Part shown: piece after piece, positions 27,457 to 37,074 of the stretch
Numbering within the stretch: the stretch's first letter is position 1
Layout: each line of letters starts with the position of its first letter
Assembly (NCBI GenBank): GCA_963749365.1
Contig: CAVVME010000003.1
Coordinates: forward strand, 718,603 to 782,602
Reading direction: 5' to 3'
Source of the DNA: an uncultured Solirubrobacterales bacterium
GTDB lineage: Bacteria; Actinomycetota; Thermoleophilia; Solirubrobacterales; 70-9
DNA length: 64,000 bases
The notes under the pieces: model-generated
Seen by the model: only the letters and a program-made list of their open reading frames with translations
What the model was told of the DNA's origin: nothing
The model's database searches: none
Made by a program: the position numbers and the translations under genes

Positions 27457-28148
27457 CGCGCGGCATCCTTCCAGAGCCGGCGCACCTCGGTCGCGCTCAA
27501 CCGGCGCGACCTGCCCTCGCCCAGCTCCCCGAGCCGCAGCGGGCCGAACGCCGTCCGGCTCAGCGCCACGATCTCGTTGCCGACCGCCTCGGCCATCCGG
27601 CGCACCTGGCGGTTGCGACCCTCGCGGATCGTCAGCTCGATCACCCGGGGCGAGAGCCGGCGTACGCGCGCCGGCGCGGTCGGCCCGTCCTCGAGCTCGA
27701 CGCCGGCGCGCAACCGGCGCAGCTCGGGGTCGCCGGGCGGGCGGCGCAGCCGGGCGCGATAGGTCCGCGGGACCTCGTAGCGAGGGTGGGTGAGCCGGTT
27801 GGCGAGCTCGCCGTCGTTGGTGAGCAGGATCAATCCGGTCGAATCGGCGTCGAGGCGTCCCACCGGGTACAGGCGAGCGCGCGACTCGATCAGGTCCGTG
27901 ACCGCGCGCCGGCGTCCGGGCTCGCGCGCGGTCGAGACCACTCCGGCCGGCTTGTTGAGCATCCAGACCTCGCGCCGCTCAGGGCTCACCGGGCGCCCGT
28001 CGACGGTTACCCCGCTGCCCTCGTCGACGTCGCGGGCAGGGTCGATGACGACCTCGCCCGCGACCGCGACCCGCCGCGCCGCGATCATCTCCTCCGCCCG
28101 GCGGCGTGAGGCGACGCCGCAATGGGCGAGGTACTTGCCGAGGCGCAC
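27453..28148 (-). CDS. rluB: rRNA pseudouridine synthase (RluB/RsuA family)
   Basis: 231 aa. S4 domain (RLGKYLAHCGVASRR) and catalytic motif YPVGRLDADSTGLILLTNDG. Confidence 0.88.
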   Translation of the reverse strand: MRLGKYLAHCGVASRRRAEEMIAARRVAVAGEVVIDPARDVDEGSGVTVDGRPVSPERREVWMLNKPAGVVSTAREPGRRRAVTDLIESRARLYPVGRLDADSTGLILLTNDGELANRLTHPRYEVPRTYRARLRRPPGDPELRRLRAGVELEDGPTAPARVRRLSPRVIELTIREGRNRQVRRMAEAVGNEIVALSRTAFGPLRLGELGEGRSRRLSATEVRRLWKDAAR

Positions 28149-28167
28149 GCCAGCCCCGGGGAGCCCG

Positions 28168-28731
28168 TCAGCTCGCGCGCTGCTCGCCGGCGCGCAGCAG
28201 GCGCTCGCGCAGCTCGGCCTCGTCCTCGGGCGAGGGGTCGAAGCGAGCCGGGTCGGGCAGCGAGTCGAGCCCGGAGAGCCCGAAGAGGCGCTCGAAGAGC
28301 GGCGTCGTCCGATGGATCACGGCGCCGAAGCGCGAGCGCCCGGACTCCTCGATCAGGCCCCGCTCGGTCAACGTCTGCACCGCCGACTCCGACGCGACGC
28401 CGCGGATCCGGGCGATCTCCGGCCGCGAGACCGGTTGCAGATAGGCGATGATCGCCAGCGTCTCCGCCTGCGCCTGGGTCAGCGGCGGCGTCTTCGGCTT
28501 CGCCAGCAATCGCCGTGCGGCGGCCTCCGCGTCGGGATGGGCGGCGAGCGAGTGGCCGCCGGCGACCCGGCGCAGGACGACGCCGCGCTCGGCCAGCGAG
28601 CCTTCGAGCAGGTCGAGCGCCCGGTCGACCTCGGCCTCCGAGGCCTCGCAGGCCTCGGCGAGCTCAGCCGTGCCGACCGGCTCGGGCGAGAGGAAGAGCA
28701 GCGCCTCGACGATGCGCTCGAGCCCGCTCAT
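28168..28731 (-). CDS. scpB: SMC-Scp complex subunit ScpB
   Basis: 187 aa. IVEALLFLSPEPV N-terminus and tandem winged-helix pattern, downstream of scpA. Confidence 0.9.
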   Translation of the reverse strand: MSGLERIVEALLFLSPEPVGTAELAEACEASEAEVDRALDLLEGSLAERGVVLRRVAGGHSLAAHPDAEAAARRLLAKPKTPPLTQAQAETLAIIAYLQPVSRPEIARIRGVASESAVQTLTERGLIEESGRSRFGAVIHRTTPLFERLFGLSGLDSLPDPARFDPSPEDEAELRERLLRAGEQRAS

Positions 28732-28783
28732 ATGTGCTGCCTCAACGGCGGCCGGGCTCGGCTTCGTCCTCTCGGACTCCGCC

Positions 28784-29512
28784 TCACGCCGCCTCGATCG
28801 TGATCCGGCCGAAGGTGTCGGACTGGCTCCAGGTCGCCTCGCCGCGCTTGTGCATCTCGAGCAACGCGAACAGGGTGACCGCCTGGGTGAGCCGGTCCTG
28901 GTCGCCGAACGCCTCGTCGAAGTCGAGCGTGCTGCGGGTCGAAATCAGCTCGCGCAGGACGCGCAGCCGCTTCTCGAGCGAGACGGTCGGTCGGATGTGG
29001 CTCAGATCGGGTCGCGGCGGGCTGCGCAGCAGGTCGCCGATCGATGCGGCGAGCAGGTCGGGCTCGTAGGCGGGACGGGCGGCGTCGAGCGCGACCCGGC
29101 GCAGCTCGGGCGGCAGCGGAGCGGAGCGGTAGTGATAACGGCGACCGTCGGCGAACAGCTCGGCGAGGTGTGCGGCGGCATCGCGGTAGCGGCGGTACTC
29201 GAGCATCCGGGCGAGCAGCTCGTCGGCGGCCTGCTCGGGCGCCAGCGCCAGCTCCGCCTCCTCGGGTGCCGGGAGCAGGAGGCGCGACTTGAGCTCGAGC
29301 AGCGAGGCGATCAGGACGAGGAACTCGGTCGCCGCCTCGAGCTCGAGCTCGCCCTGTTCCTCGACGTGCTCGAGATAGGCGATCACGATCTCGCCCAGCT
29401 CGACCTCGGCGAGCGCGATCTCCTCGCGCAGGACCACGGTCATCAGCAGGTCGAACGGCCCGGCGAAGACGTCGAGGTCGAGGTCGAGGTCGGCAGCGCT
29501 CATCGCCGGCAA
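28784..29512 (-). CDS. scpA: segregation and condensation protein A (kleisin)
   Basis: 242 aa. LDLDVFAGPFDLLMTVVLREEI... is a canonical ScpA N-terminus. Confidence 0.9.
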   Translation of the reverse strand: MPAMSAADLDLDLDVFAGPFDLLMTVVLREEIALAEVELGEIVIAYLEHVEEQGELELEAATEFLVLIASLLELKSRLLLPAPEEAELALAPEQAADELLARMLEYRRYRDAAAHLAELFADGRRYHYRSAPLPPELRRVALDAARPAYEPDLLAASIGDLLRSPPRPDLSHIRPTVSLEKRLRVLRELISTRSTLDFDEAFGDQDRLTQAVTLFALLEMHKRGEATWSQSDTFGRITIEAA

Positions 29513-29514
29513 GC

Positions 29515-29928
29515 CTAAAGAGGCGGCCCGACGACCTCGACCCCGTGGGTGCCGAGGAGCTCCTGGAAGCGCTGTGGGTCGGCGAAGGCCTCCTCGAGTC
29601 CTCCCGGCAGCAGCATGACCAGCACCCGGGCGGGCCGTTCGCTGATCCCGAGAAAGGTGTGCGGGATGCCTCGCGGCAGGTAGGCAAAGGCACCGGTCTC
29701 GGCCCGGAACCGCTCCTCGCCGCAGATGAAGTCGACGGTGCCGGAAAGGACGTAGAAGGCCTCGTCCTCCCTGCGATGGACGTGCAACGGCGCGCTGTGG
29801 CCGGGCGGGATCACGGTCTCGACCAGGCCCAGTGGGCCGCCGGTGGTGGCGGCCGTCGCGATCACCCCCGGCTCGCCCGCCCGGGGTTCGGCGAACAGCG
29901 GCCGTGGGCCCTCGGACACGTCGCTCAC
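29515..29928 (-). CDS. cupin domain protein
   Basis: 137 aa. PPGHSAPLHVHRREDEAFYVLSGTVDF cupin motif 1, and YLPRGIPHTF motif 2. GTGA overlap with the trpS stop. Confidence 0.7.
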   Translation of the reverse strand: MSDVSEGPRPLFAEPRAGEPGVIATAATTGGPLGLVETVIPPGHSAPLHVHRREDEAFYVLSGTVDFICGEERFRAETGAFAYLPRGIPHTFLGISERPARVLVMLLPGGLEEAFADPQRFQELLGTHGVEVVGPPL

Positions 29929-30926
29929 CCGCGACTCGGAGGCCCGATTCCCATCGCCTCGCGGACCTCGGCCAGCGTCGTCGAGGCGATCGCGCGCGCC
30001 TTCTCGGCGCCCGCCTCGAGCGCCGCCTCGAGCGCCGCCTCGTCCGGTCGCAGGGCCTGGTAGCGCTCGCGGACCGGGGCCAGGTACTCGACCACCTGAT
30101 CGGCTACCGCGCGCTTGAAGTCGCCGTAGCCCGTGTCGGCGAACTCGGCCTCGACCCGGCCGGGGTCGACGCCGCGGATCACGGCGAGGATCTCGATCAG
30201 GTTGGCGATCCCCTCCTTGCCCTCGCCCCGAGCGACCTCGCGCCCCGAGTCGGTGACCGCGCCGATCACCTTCTTGCGCGCGGTGTCGGGCTCGTCGAGG
30301 ACGTAAAGCGTCCCCTGCTCGCTGCCGCCGGTGGTCGTCATCTTCGCCCCCGGGTCCTGGAGGTCCATGATCCGCGCCCCGACCTCGGGGATTCGGTGGC
30401 CGGGCTCGACCAGCAGCTCGCCGAAGCGCTCGTTGAAGCGCCGCGCGATCTCGCGCATCAGCTCGACGTGCTGGCGCTGATCCTCGCCGACCGGAACCTC
30501 CTCGGCCTTGTAGGCGAGCACGTCGGCGGCCTGGAGCACCGGGTAGAGGAACAGCGCCGCTGAGACCAGCTCGCGCTGCTTGGCCGACTTGTCCTTGAAC
30601 TGGTGCATCCGGTTGAGGTCGCCGTGCGCGGTGACGGCGGAGAGCAGCCAGCAGAGCTCGGTGTGCTCGCGGACGTCGGACTGGCGAAAGAGGATGCAGC
30701 GTTCCGGGTCGAGCCCGGCGGCGAGCAGGATCGCGGTCGTGTCGTGGACGCGCTCACGCAGCTCCGCCGGGTCGTAGGCGACCGAGATCGCGTGCAGGTC
30801 GACGATGCAGTAGATCGCCTCGCCGACGCCGGCCCGGTCCTGGCCCTCTACGTACTGGCGGATCGCGCCGATGTAGTTGCCGAGGTGCTTGCGCCCGGTC
30901 GGCTGGATGCCGCTGAAGATCCTCAC
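29925..30926 (-). CDS. trpS: tryptophan--tRNA ligase
   Basis: 333 aa. MRIFSGIQPTGRKHLGNYIGA (HIGH-type region) and a KMTTT... (KMSKS-equivalent) loop. Confidence 0.93.
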   Translation of the reverse strand: MRIFSGIQPTGRKHLGNYIGAIRQYVEGQDRAGVGEAIYCIVDLHAISVAYDPAELRERVHDTTAILLAAGLDPERCILFRQSDVREHTELCWLLSAVTAHGDLNRMHQFKDKSAKQRELVSAALFLYPVLQAADVLAYKAEEVPVGEDQRQHVELMREIARRFNERFGELLVEPGHRIPEVGARIMDLQDPGAKMTTTGGSEQGTLYVLDEPDTARKKVIGAVTDSGREVARGEGKEGIANLIEILAVIRGVDPGRVEAEFADTGYGDFKRAVADQVVEYLAPVRERYQALRPDEAALEAALEAGAEKARAIASTTLAEVREAMGIGPPSRG

Positions 30927-30937
30927 CCGGCGGGAAT

Positions 30938-32578
30938 CTAGATGGTGCCCGGGACGGGGCTGGGCTCGAACTGCTCACTCGGCCGACCGCATTCGCCGGC
31001 CGTCGCGGCGGCACCCGGGCCGCGCTCCGGCGCGCGCTCGGCCGGCTGTCTCGGGTTGCGCACCAGGGCGAGGGCGATCGCGCCGCCGAGCAGCATCAGG
31101 CCGGCCCCGATCAGCATCCCGAGGTGAAAGGCCGACTCCGAGGAGGCGACGATCTCCGAGCCGAGGGCGGCCGCCTCCGGCCCGGAGACGCCGCTGACGT
31201 CGCCGCCGGAGAGCGGCTGTGCCTTCGCGTCGTCGATCGCCGCCCTTGCCTGCGTGCCGGTCGCGCGGTCGCCGATCCGCTCGTCGAGCGAGCTCGCGAA
31301 CTGCGCCGAGACGATCGCCCCGAGGGCGGCGATCGCGAGCACGCCGGCGACCCGCGAGACGGCGTTGTTGACCCCTGACGCCACCCCGACGTGGCGCTCC
31401 TCGACCGAGTCGAGCACGGTCGTGGTCAGCGGTGCCACGGTCATCGCCAGCCCGAGCCCGAAGAGCAGCATCGAGGGGAGCACGTCGGCGAGGTAGCTCG
31501 GATCGCTGTCCAGGCGCGCGAGCAGCGCCAGGCCGACGGCGGCGATGATCGGCCCGACACCCATCACCAGGCGCGGCCCGATCCGGCTTGCGAGGGCGCC
31601 AAAGCGCCCAGAGAGCACGAACATGACGATCGTGATCGGGGTCGTCGCGGCGCCCGCCTGAAAGGCGGTGAAGCCGGCGACCTGCTGCAGGAACAGGGTG
31701 ATGAAGAACGAGCCCCCGATCAGCCCGGCGTAGACGCACAGCGTCGCCAGGTTGACGGCGCTGAAGTTGTGCGATCGAAACAGCTCCAGCGGCAGCATCG
31801 GCGCCCGCGCCCGCGACTCCCACCAAACGAAGGCCGCGAACGAAAGCACCCCGAGCAGCAGCGGCGCCCAGACGAGCGGGTCGCCCCAGCCGTGGGCCGG
31901 CTGCTCGATCAGCGCGAAGACCGGCCCGGCGAGGCCGATCGCCGAGAGGCAGATGCCGACCCCGTCGATCCCCGGACAGGCCTCCGGGTCGCGGCTCTCG
32001 TCGACCGAACGCATGGTCAGCCACAGGGTCGCGGCGATCAACGGGATGTTGACCCAGAAGATCCAGCGCCAGTCGAGCTCGACCAGCAGCCCACCGCCGG
32101 CGGGCCCGGCGAGCGTCGAGATCCCGGCCCAGGCCGTCCACAGGCCGACTGCCCGGCCCCGCGCCTCGCCCTCGAAAGTGGCGGCGAGGATCGCCAGCGA
32201 GCCGGGGACGAGGAGTGCGCCGGCGATCCCCTGCAGCGCCCGGGCAGCGACCAGGGTCTCGTCGGTCGGCGCGATCGCGCAGAGGACCGAGGTGACCGCG
32301 AACCCCGAGAGGCCGATCACGAACATCCGCCGGCGCCCGTAGAGGTCGCCCAGCGACCCGCCGACGAGCAGCAGCGAGACCAGGGTCAGCATGTAGGCCT
32401 CGACCACCCACTGCTGCCCGGCCAGCCCGGTGTCCAGGTCGGCCTGGATCGCCGGCAGCGCGACGTTGACCACGGTCGAGTCGAGGAAGACGACGGTCGA
32501 GCCGAGGATCGTCGCGATCAAGGTCAGGCGCTGCGGCCGGGTCACCCGGCTGAGTCTGGCAGGGCCCCCTCGATCCAC
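30938..32578 (-). CDS. MFS transporter, DHA2 (EmrB/QacA-like, 14-TM) family
   Basis: 546 aa. STVVNVALPAIQADL and GGSLGDLYGRRRMF motifs, many TM segments. The start could be the downstream GTG (VTRPQRL). Confidence 0.85.
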   Translation of the reverse strand: MDRGGPARLSRVTRPQRLTLIATILGSTVVFLDSTVVNVALPAIQADLDTGLAGQQWVVEAYMLTLVSLLLVGGSLGDLYGRRRMFVIGLSGFAVTSVLCAIAPTDETLVAARALQGIAGALLVPGSLAILAATFEGEARGRAVGLWTAWAGISTLAGPAGGGLLVELDWRWIFWVNIPLIAATLWLTMRSVDESRDPEACPGIDGVGICLSAIGLAGPVFALIEQPAHGWGDPLVWAPLLLGVLSFAAFVWWESRARAPMLPLELFRSHNFSAVNLATLCVYAGLIGGSFFITLFLQQVAGFTAFQAGAATTPITIVMFVLSGRFGALASRIGPRLVMGVGPIIAAVGLALLARLDSDPSYLADVLPSMLLFGLGLAMTVAPLTTTVLDSVEERHVGVASGVNNAVSRVAGVLAIAALGAIVSAQFASSLDERIGDRATGTQARAAIDDAKAQPLSGGDVSGVSGPEAAALGSEIVASSESAFHLGMLIGAGLMLLGGAIALALVRNPRQPAERAPERGPGAAATAGECGRPSEQFEPSPVPGTI

Positions 32579-32693
32579 CCGCGAGTTGACCCCCGTATGC
32601 GGCGCGAACTCGAAGTTCGACCGGCAGCTGGGACCTCCGCGGCGTCCGGGCCCGTATCAGCAGCAGTCGGACTCGACGAGCGAAGGGAGCGCG

Positions 32694-33776
32694 ATGTCTT
32701 GGAAGCTGATCTCGGTGAGCGTGTTGATGTACGTCGTCGCCCTGGCCGCACTCGCAGTGCCGGCGACAGCCCAGAAGGGGGTGCTCGGGATCGGTGCTGA
32801 TCCTGCCCAGGGCGTCACTGATGTCGACGACGGCGCGCGCTACACCGCGTTGCCGGCCGGAGCGGGCACGCTGATCACCAAGCTCGACACCAATGGCGCC
32901 GGGGTCGAGCAGTACACCTACGTCGACCGGCGCCTCTCGGTGCCTGCCGTCGCCTACGACGGATCGCCGGGTGGTCTCTCGGCCGATGGGCGAACGCTCG
33001 TGCTCACCCAGCCGGGCATCCGCTTCCCGCAGACGACGAGCGAATTCACTCGCCTCGACACGCGCCGCCTCAAGGTTCTCGACACGGTGACCCTGGACGG
33101 AACCTTCACCTTCGACGCGCTCTCGCCGGACGGCCGGCAGATGTACCTGATCGAGTACACGTCGCCGCGGGATCTGACGCAGTACCTCGTCCGCGCCTAC
33201 GACCTCGAACGCGAGCGGCTGTTGCCCGAGCCGATCATCGACCCGAACGAGAGCGGCGAGGAGATGGCCGGGTTCCCGCAGACGCGCGCGACGAGTCCGG
33301 ATGGCCGTTGGGCGTACACGCTTTACGAATCCGCCGAGCGAGACCACCCGCCGTTCATCCACGCACTCGACACCAAGCGTGGGACGGCGGTCTGCATCGA
33401 CCTCGACCCGCTCGCCGACCAGCGGGGGATATGGCGGCTCGGCCTGCAGCCGAGCTTCGACGGGTCGAGCCTCGCGGTGGTCGATCGCGGCAACCCTGTC
33501 GCCCTGGTGGACCTCGCGGACTTCCAGGTCAGCGAGCCCGAGCCGCCGGCCCCGCCCGCGGACGCCGACGGCGGCGGGCCGCCGTGGGCGGCGCTCGGTG
33601 CCGGGGTCGCGCTGCTGCTCGTCGCCGGCTCGCTGGTCGCGGTGCGGCGACGTCGACGCTCGGTGCCCGGCGAGGAAGAGCTCGAGCGACTCGTCGCGAC
33701 CGAGGACAAGAGCGCCGACCCGGATCGGCCCGAGGTCGAACGCGACCGTGACCGGGAGTGCGAGCCGGTCCGCTGA
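32694..33776 (+). CDS. exported, C-terminally membrane-anchored protein with beta-propeller-like repeats
   Basis: ATG at 32694 with SD (GAAGGGAGcgcgATG). Signal peptide MSWKLISVSVLMYVVALAALAVPATA. Repeated S-x-DG-x blades (LSADGRTLVL, LSPDGRQMYL, TSPDGRWAYT, SFDGSSLAVV). C-terminal TM helix plus a charged tail. Confidence 0.6.
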   Translation: MSWKLISVSVLMYVVALAALAVPATAQKGVLGIGADPAQGVTDVDDGARYTALPAGAGTLITKLDTNGAGVEQYTYVDRRLSVPAVAYDGSPGGLSADGRTLVLTQPGIRFPQTTSEFTRLDTRRLKVLDTVTLDGTFTFDALSPDGRQMYLIEYTSPRDLTQYLVRAYDLERERLLPEPIIDPNESGEEMAGFPQTRATSPDGRWAYTLYESAERDHPPFIHALDTKRGTAVCIDLDPLADQRGIWRLGLQPSFDGSSLAVVDRGNPVALVDLADFQVSEPEPPAPPADADGGGPPWAALGAGVALLLVAGSLVAVRRRRRSVPGEEELERLVATEDKSADPDRPEVERDRDRECEPVR

Positions 33777-34585
33777 TCGTGCTCGCGCTTGCCGGGCTGG
33801 CGTTGGCCGCCCTCGGCGTCGCGGACGTCAGGGGCACCGCCGCGCCCACCGCGTCGTCGGGAGCCCTGGCGGAGCTCGAGCGCGTTGTCATGCCACGCCG
33901 CCCGGTGCTGCGGAAGGCGACCGAGACGATCGGCCGCTCGAGCGCCGGAAGGCCGATCCGCGCGATCGCGCAGAACGGCGTCCCGAACCGCGGCACCCAG
34001 CGACGCGAAGGCCCCCTCGTACTTGCGATCGGCTGCATCCACGGCGACGAGTGCGCGGGGATCGACGCGCTTGCGAGGTCCGAGCGAGGCTGTCCTCCTC
34101 CCGGCGATGGACTGGTCACGGTCCCCAACCTCAACCCCGACGGTCTCGCCCTTGGCACCCGCCTCAACGGCCGCGGCGTCGACCTGAACCGCAACTTCGC
34201 CACCGACTGGCGGCCGCTCGGCGTCCGCGGCGACCCGGAGCACTCGGGGCCGGCGCCGTTCTCCGAGCCCGAGTCGCAGATCGCGCGCCAGCTGATCCGG
34301 ACGCTGCGCCCCGACGTCACGATCTGGTTTCACCAGCAGGCCGAACCGCTGGTGCGCGCCTGGGGGCCGAGCATCCCGGCGGCACGCGTCTACGCGCGCC
34401 TCGCCGGGCTTCCCTTCCACCGCCTGCCGTGGATGGACGGGACGGCGCCGAACTGGCAGAACAACCACTTCCCGGGGACGAGCTCGTTCGTCGTCGAGCT
34501 GCCCGCGGCCGGCACTGTCGATGCCGACCGCCACGGTGCGGCGATCCTCGCCCTCGCCGGCGAGCTGATGCGGGGATCGCGATGA
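33758..34585 (+). CDS. M14-family zinc carboxypeptidase (MpaA / gamma-D-Glu-mDAP peptidase-like), secreted
   Basis: 275 aa, GTG start, signal-like N-terminus. Motifs HGDE, NPDG, NRNF, a later H (IWFHQ), and an acidic residue in FVVELP. Confidence 0.75.
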   Translation: MRAGPLIVLALAGLALAALGVADVRGTAAPTASSGALAELERVVMPRRPVLRKATETIGRSSAGRPIRAIAQNGVPNRGTQRREGPLVLAIGCIHGDECAGIDALARSERGCPPPGDGLVTVPNLNPDGLALGTRLNGRGVDLNRNFATDWRPLGVRGDPEHSGPAPFSEPESQIARQLIRTLRPDVTIWFHQQAEPLVRAWGPSIPAARVYARLAGLPFHRLPWMDGTAPNWQNNHFPGTSSFVVELPAAGTVDADRHGAAILALAGELMRGSR

Positions 34586-35205
34586 GCGAGGCCGTGGCGC
34601 TGCGGTTCGCGGGACAATCGTGGCCGAGGATGAGCGCGAACCAGGCCTCCGAGCGCCTCCCCGGGCTCCCCCGGGGCCTGCTGCGCGCGCGCCGCGAACC
34701 GGCGCTGGTTCGCGACGCCCAGCGGGGCTCCTCGGAGGCGCTCGAGGAGCTGTTTCGTCGCCACTGGCGCCGTGCCCATCGCGCCGCCTACCTCGTCGTC
34801 GCCGACCCGAGCGCCGCCGAGGACATCGCCCAAGAGTCGTTCCTGGCCGCGATCCGGGCGCTCGACCGGTTCGACCGCGGGCGCCCGTTCGGCCCCTGGC
34901 TGCACCGGATCACCGTCAACCGGGCGATCGACCACGCCCGAGCCCGGGCGCTGCGGCGCGAGAGCGCCCTCTCTCCCGCCGCCGAGCCCGCCGCTCCGGA
35001 TCCCGACGTGATCTCGGACCAGGTCCTCGCCGCGCTCGCCGGGCTTCCCCCCGAGCACAGGGCGGTGGTCGTACTCCGCTACGTGCTCGAGTACACGCCC
35101 GGCGAGATCGCCGAGATGCTGGGGCTCCCGCGCGGGACCGTGAACTCGCGCCTGCGCCGTGGCCTCGACCGACTCCGGCCGGCCGTCGAGGAGGGCGAGC
35201 GATGA
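34582..35205 (+). CDS. ECF-type RNA polymerase sigma-70 factor
   Basis: ATGA overlap with the M14 gene. Region 2 (DIAQESFLAAIRALDRFD...WLHRITVNRAID) and region 4 (YTPGEIAEMLGLPRGTVNSRLRRGLDRL). The start may be the second ATG at 34630. Confidence 0.85.
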   Translation: MSEAVALRFAGQSWPRMSANQASERLPGLPRGLLRARREPALVRDAQRGSSEALEELFRRHWRRAHRAAYLVVADPSAAEDIAQESFLAAIRALDRFDRGRPFGPWLHRITVNRAIDHARARALRRESALSPAAEPAAPDPDVISDQVLAALAGLPPEHRAVVVLRYVLEYTPGEIAEMLGLPRGTVNSRLRRGLDRLRPAVEEGER

Positions 35206-36290
35206 GCCGCGGGCCTGATCCAGGCGGCCGCCTGCGCGACGTCCGCGTCCCGGGCGAGGAGGCGGCCGAGCAGCGCTCGTGGGAGATCGTGCGGACCGCC
35301 TACGAGGAGCGGACGCCGGTTCGACCCGCTCACCGGGCTCGCCGACTCGCGCTCGCCCTCGGCGGCGGCCTGGCGGCGCTTGCGATCGTGCTCAGCCCGG
35401 CCGGGGCGAAGGTCGGCGAGCTGGTCTCGGATGTGGTCGGGATCGGCGAGGAGGACGCGAAGCCGGCGCTGCGCTCGCTGCCCGCCGCGGGCGAGCTCCT
35501 GGTCGAGTCCGAGCAGGGGCCATGGATCGTGCGCGAGGACGGCTCGAAGCGGCTGCTCGGCGACTACGAGGAGGCGAGCTGGTCGCAGCCGCGCGGCCTC
35601 TACGTCGCGGCGACGGACGGGCGAACGCTGCTCGCGGTCGAGCCCGACGGGACCGTGCGATGGACGATCACCGCGCCCGCGCCGGTGCACGATCCGCGCT
35701 GGGCGCCGAGTGGCGTTCGGGTCGCCTACCGCTCGGCCGGGGACCTCTGGGTCGTCAACGGCGACGGCAGCGATCCGCGACGGATCGCCCGCGACGTCGC
35801 ACCGACAGCGCCGCAATGGCTGCCGCCATCGGCGAAGGCCAAACTCGCTCCCGCGGAGGCTGTCGACCTGGTTGCCTACATCGACCGACGAGGCAAGGTC
35901 CAGGTTGTTAGCGGCGACAACGGCACACCGATTCCCAATTCGAAGACGCACCAGCCGTCCCTGCACGAGCTGAAAACCGATTGGGCGATCGGTCCCGACG
36001 GCGCCGCCCGGATCGAACGACGGCGGGGTCGCTCGAGAGTCGTGGTCGCCGGCGGTGGGACGCGCTCGGTTCTGCTCGCGAAGCCCGGCCGGCTCACCGG
36101 CCCGACATGGTCGCCCGACGGCCACTGGCTGCTCGTCGGTTGGCCAGCGGCCGATCAATGGCTGTTCATCCCGATCAAGCGCTCGGACAAGGTGATCCCG
36201 ATCGACTCGATCTCCGAGCAGTTCGCCCCGGGCGCCACCGGCGCCGCCTCCTTCCCCCGCATCAGCGGCTGGATCCTGCCGCAACGCTGA
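35202..36290 (+). CDS. putative anti-sigma factor: short cytoplasmic N-terminus, one TM helix, extracytoplasmic TolB/PD40-like beta-propeller
   Basis: ATGA overlap with the sigma gene. TM helix LALALGGGLAALAIVL. Blades with ATDGRTLLAV, APSGVRVAYRS, NGDGSDPRRIA, SPDGHWLLVG. Confidence 0.6.
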   Translation: MSRGPDPGGRLRDVRVPGEEAAEQRSWEIVRTAYEERTPVRPAHRARRLALALGGGLAALAIVLSPAGAKVGELVSDVVGIGEEDAKPALRSLPAAGELLVESEQGPWIVREDGSKRLLGDYEEASWSQPRGLYVAATDGRTLLAVEPDGTVRWTITAPAPVHDPRWAPSGVRVAYRSAGDLWVVNGDGSDPRRIARDVAPTAPQWLPPSAKAKLAPAEAVDLVAYIDRRGKVQVVSGDNGTPIPNSKTHQPSLHELKTDWAIGPDGAARIERRRGRSRVVVAGGGTRSVLLAKPGRLTGPTWSPDGHWLLVGWPAADQWLFIPIKRSDKVIPIDSISEQFAPGATGAASFPRISGWILPQR

Positions 36291-36294
36291 CCGG

Positions 36295-37074
36295 CTACGG
36301 CTCGGGCGGCTCGCGGAGCTGGTGCGCGGAGGTGAAGAAGTTGCGGTAGGCGAGCGAGGTGGCGATCAGGGCGGAGAGCGCGACGCTGCCGAGCAGCACC
36401 CAGAGCAGGATCAGCTGCAGGCGCACGGCGTCGATCGGATCGGCGCCGGCGAGCAGCATCCCGACCATCGTGCCGGGGAAGAAGATCAGCCCGGTGGTCT
36501 TGGTCGAGTCGATCAGCGCGATCGTCCCCGAGCGCAGGCTGCGGCGCAGGCTGGGGGCCGCGGCGACCGTGGCGGTCGCCCCGAGGGCCAGGGTCGCCTC
36601 GATCTCACGCGCCCGGTCGGTCATCTCGTCGCCGAGCCGGTTCAGCGCCACCGCCGCCGCGGTCATCGAGTTGCCGATCACCATCCCGCCCACCGGGACC
36701 AGGTAGCGAGGCTCGGGCTCGAAGACGCCCAAGGCGACCACCAGCGCCAGGGTCGCCGCTCCCGCGACGCCGAGGGCGATCAGCAGCGGCCCGAGCGCGC
36801 CGGGCACCCGTCTCGCCCGCCGGCGCGCCGTGAAGGCCCCGAAGACGACCATGACCGCGATCAGCGCGAAGACGAGCAGCAGGCTGTCCTGGTCGAAGAT
36901 CGCCTGGATCACGTAGCCGATCGCCACCAGCTGCACGAACGAGCGCAGGACCGCGACCGCGATCTCGTCCTCGAGCCCGGTCCGGCGCCAGAGCGAGACC
37001 CCGATTGCGACCGCGACCAGGACCAGGCTCGCCGCGACCTCGCCGAGGCTGACGTCGATCCCGACCGCGTCCAT
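36295..37074 (-). CDS. fetB: iron export ABC transporter permease FetB (UPF0014/YbbM family)
   Basis: 259 aa, multi-TM. ...RSFVQLVAIGYVIQAIF... and ...IDSTKTTGLIFFPGTMVGMLLAG... are typical FetB motifs. Confidence 0.8.
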   Translation of the reverse strand: MDAVGIDVSLGEVAASLVLVAVAIGVSLWRRTGLEDEIAVAVLRSFVQLVAIGYVIQAIFDQDSLLLVFALIAVMVVFGAFTARRRARRVPGALGPLLIALGVAGAATLALVVALGVFEPEPRYLVPVGGMVIGNSMTAAAVALNRLGDEMTDRAREIEATLALGATATVAAAPSLRRSLRSGTIALIDSTKTTGLIFFPGTMVGMLLAGADPIDAVRLQLILLWVLLGSVALSALIATSLAYRNFFTSAHQLREPPEP

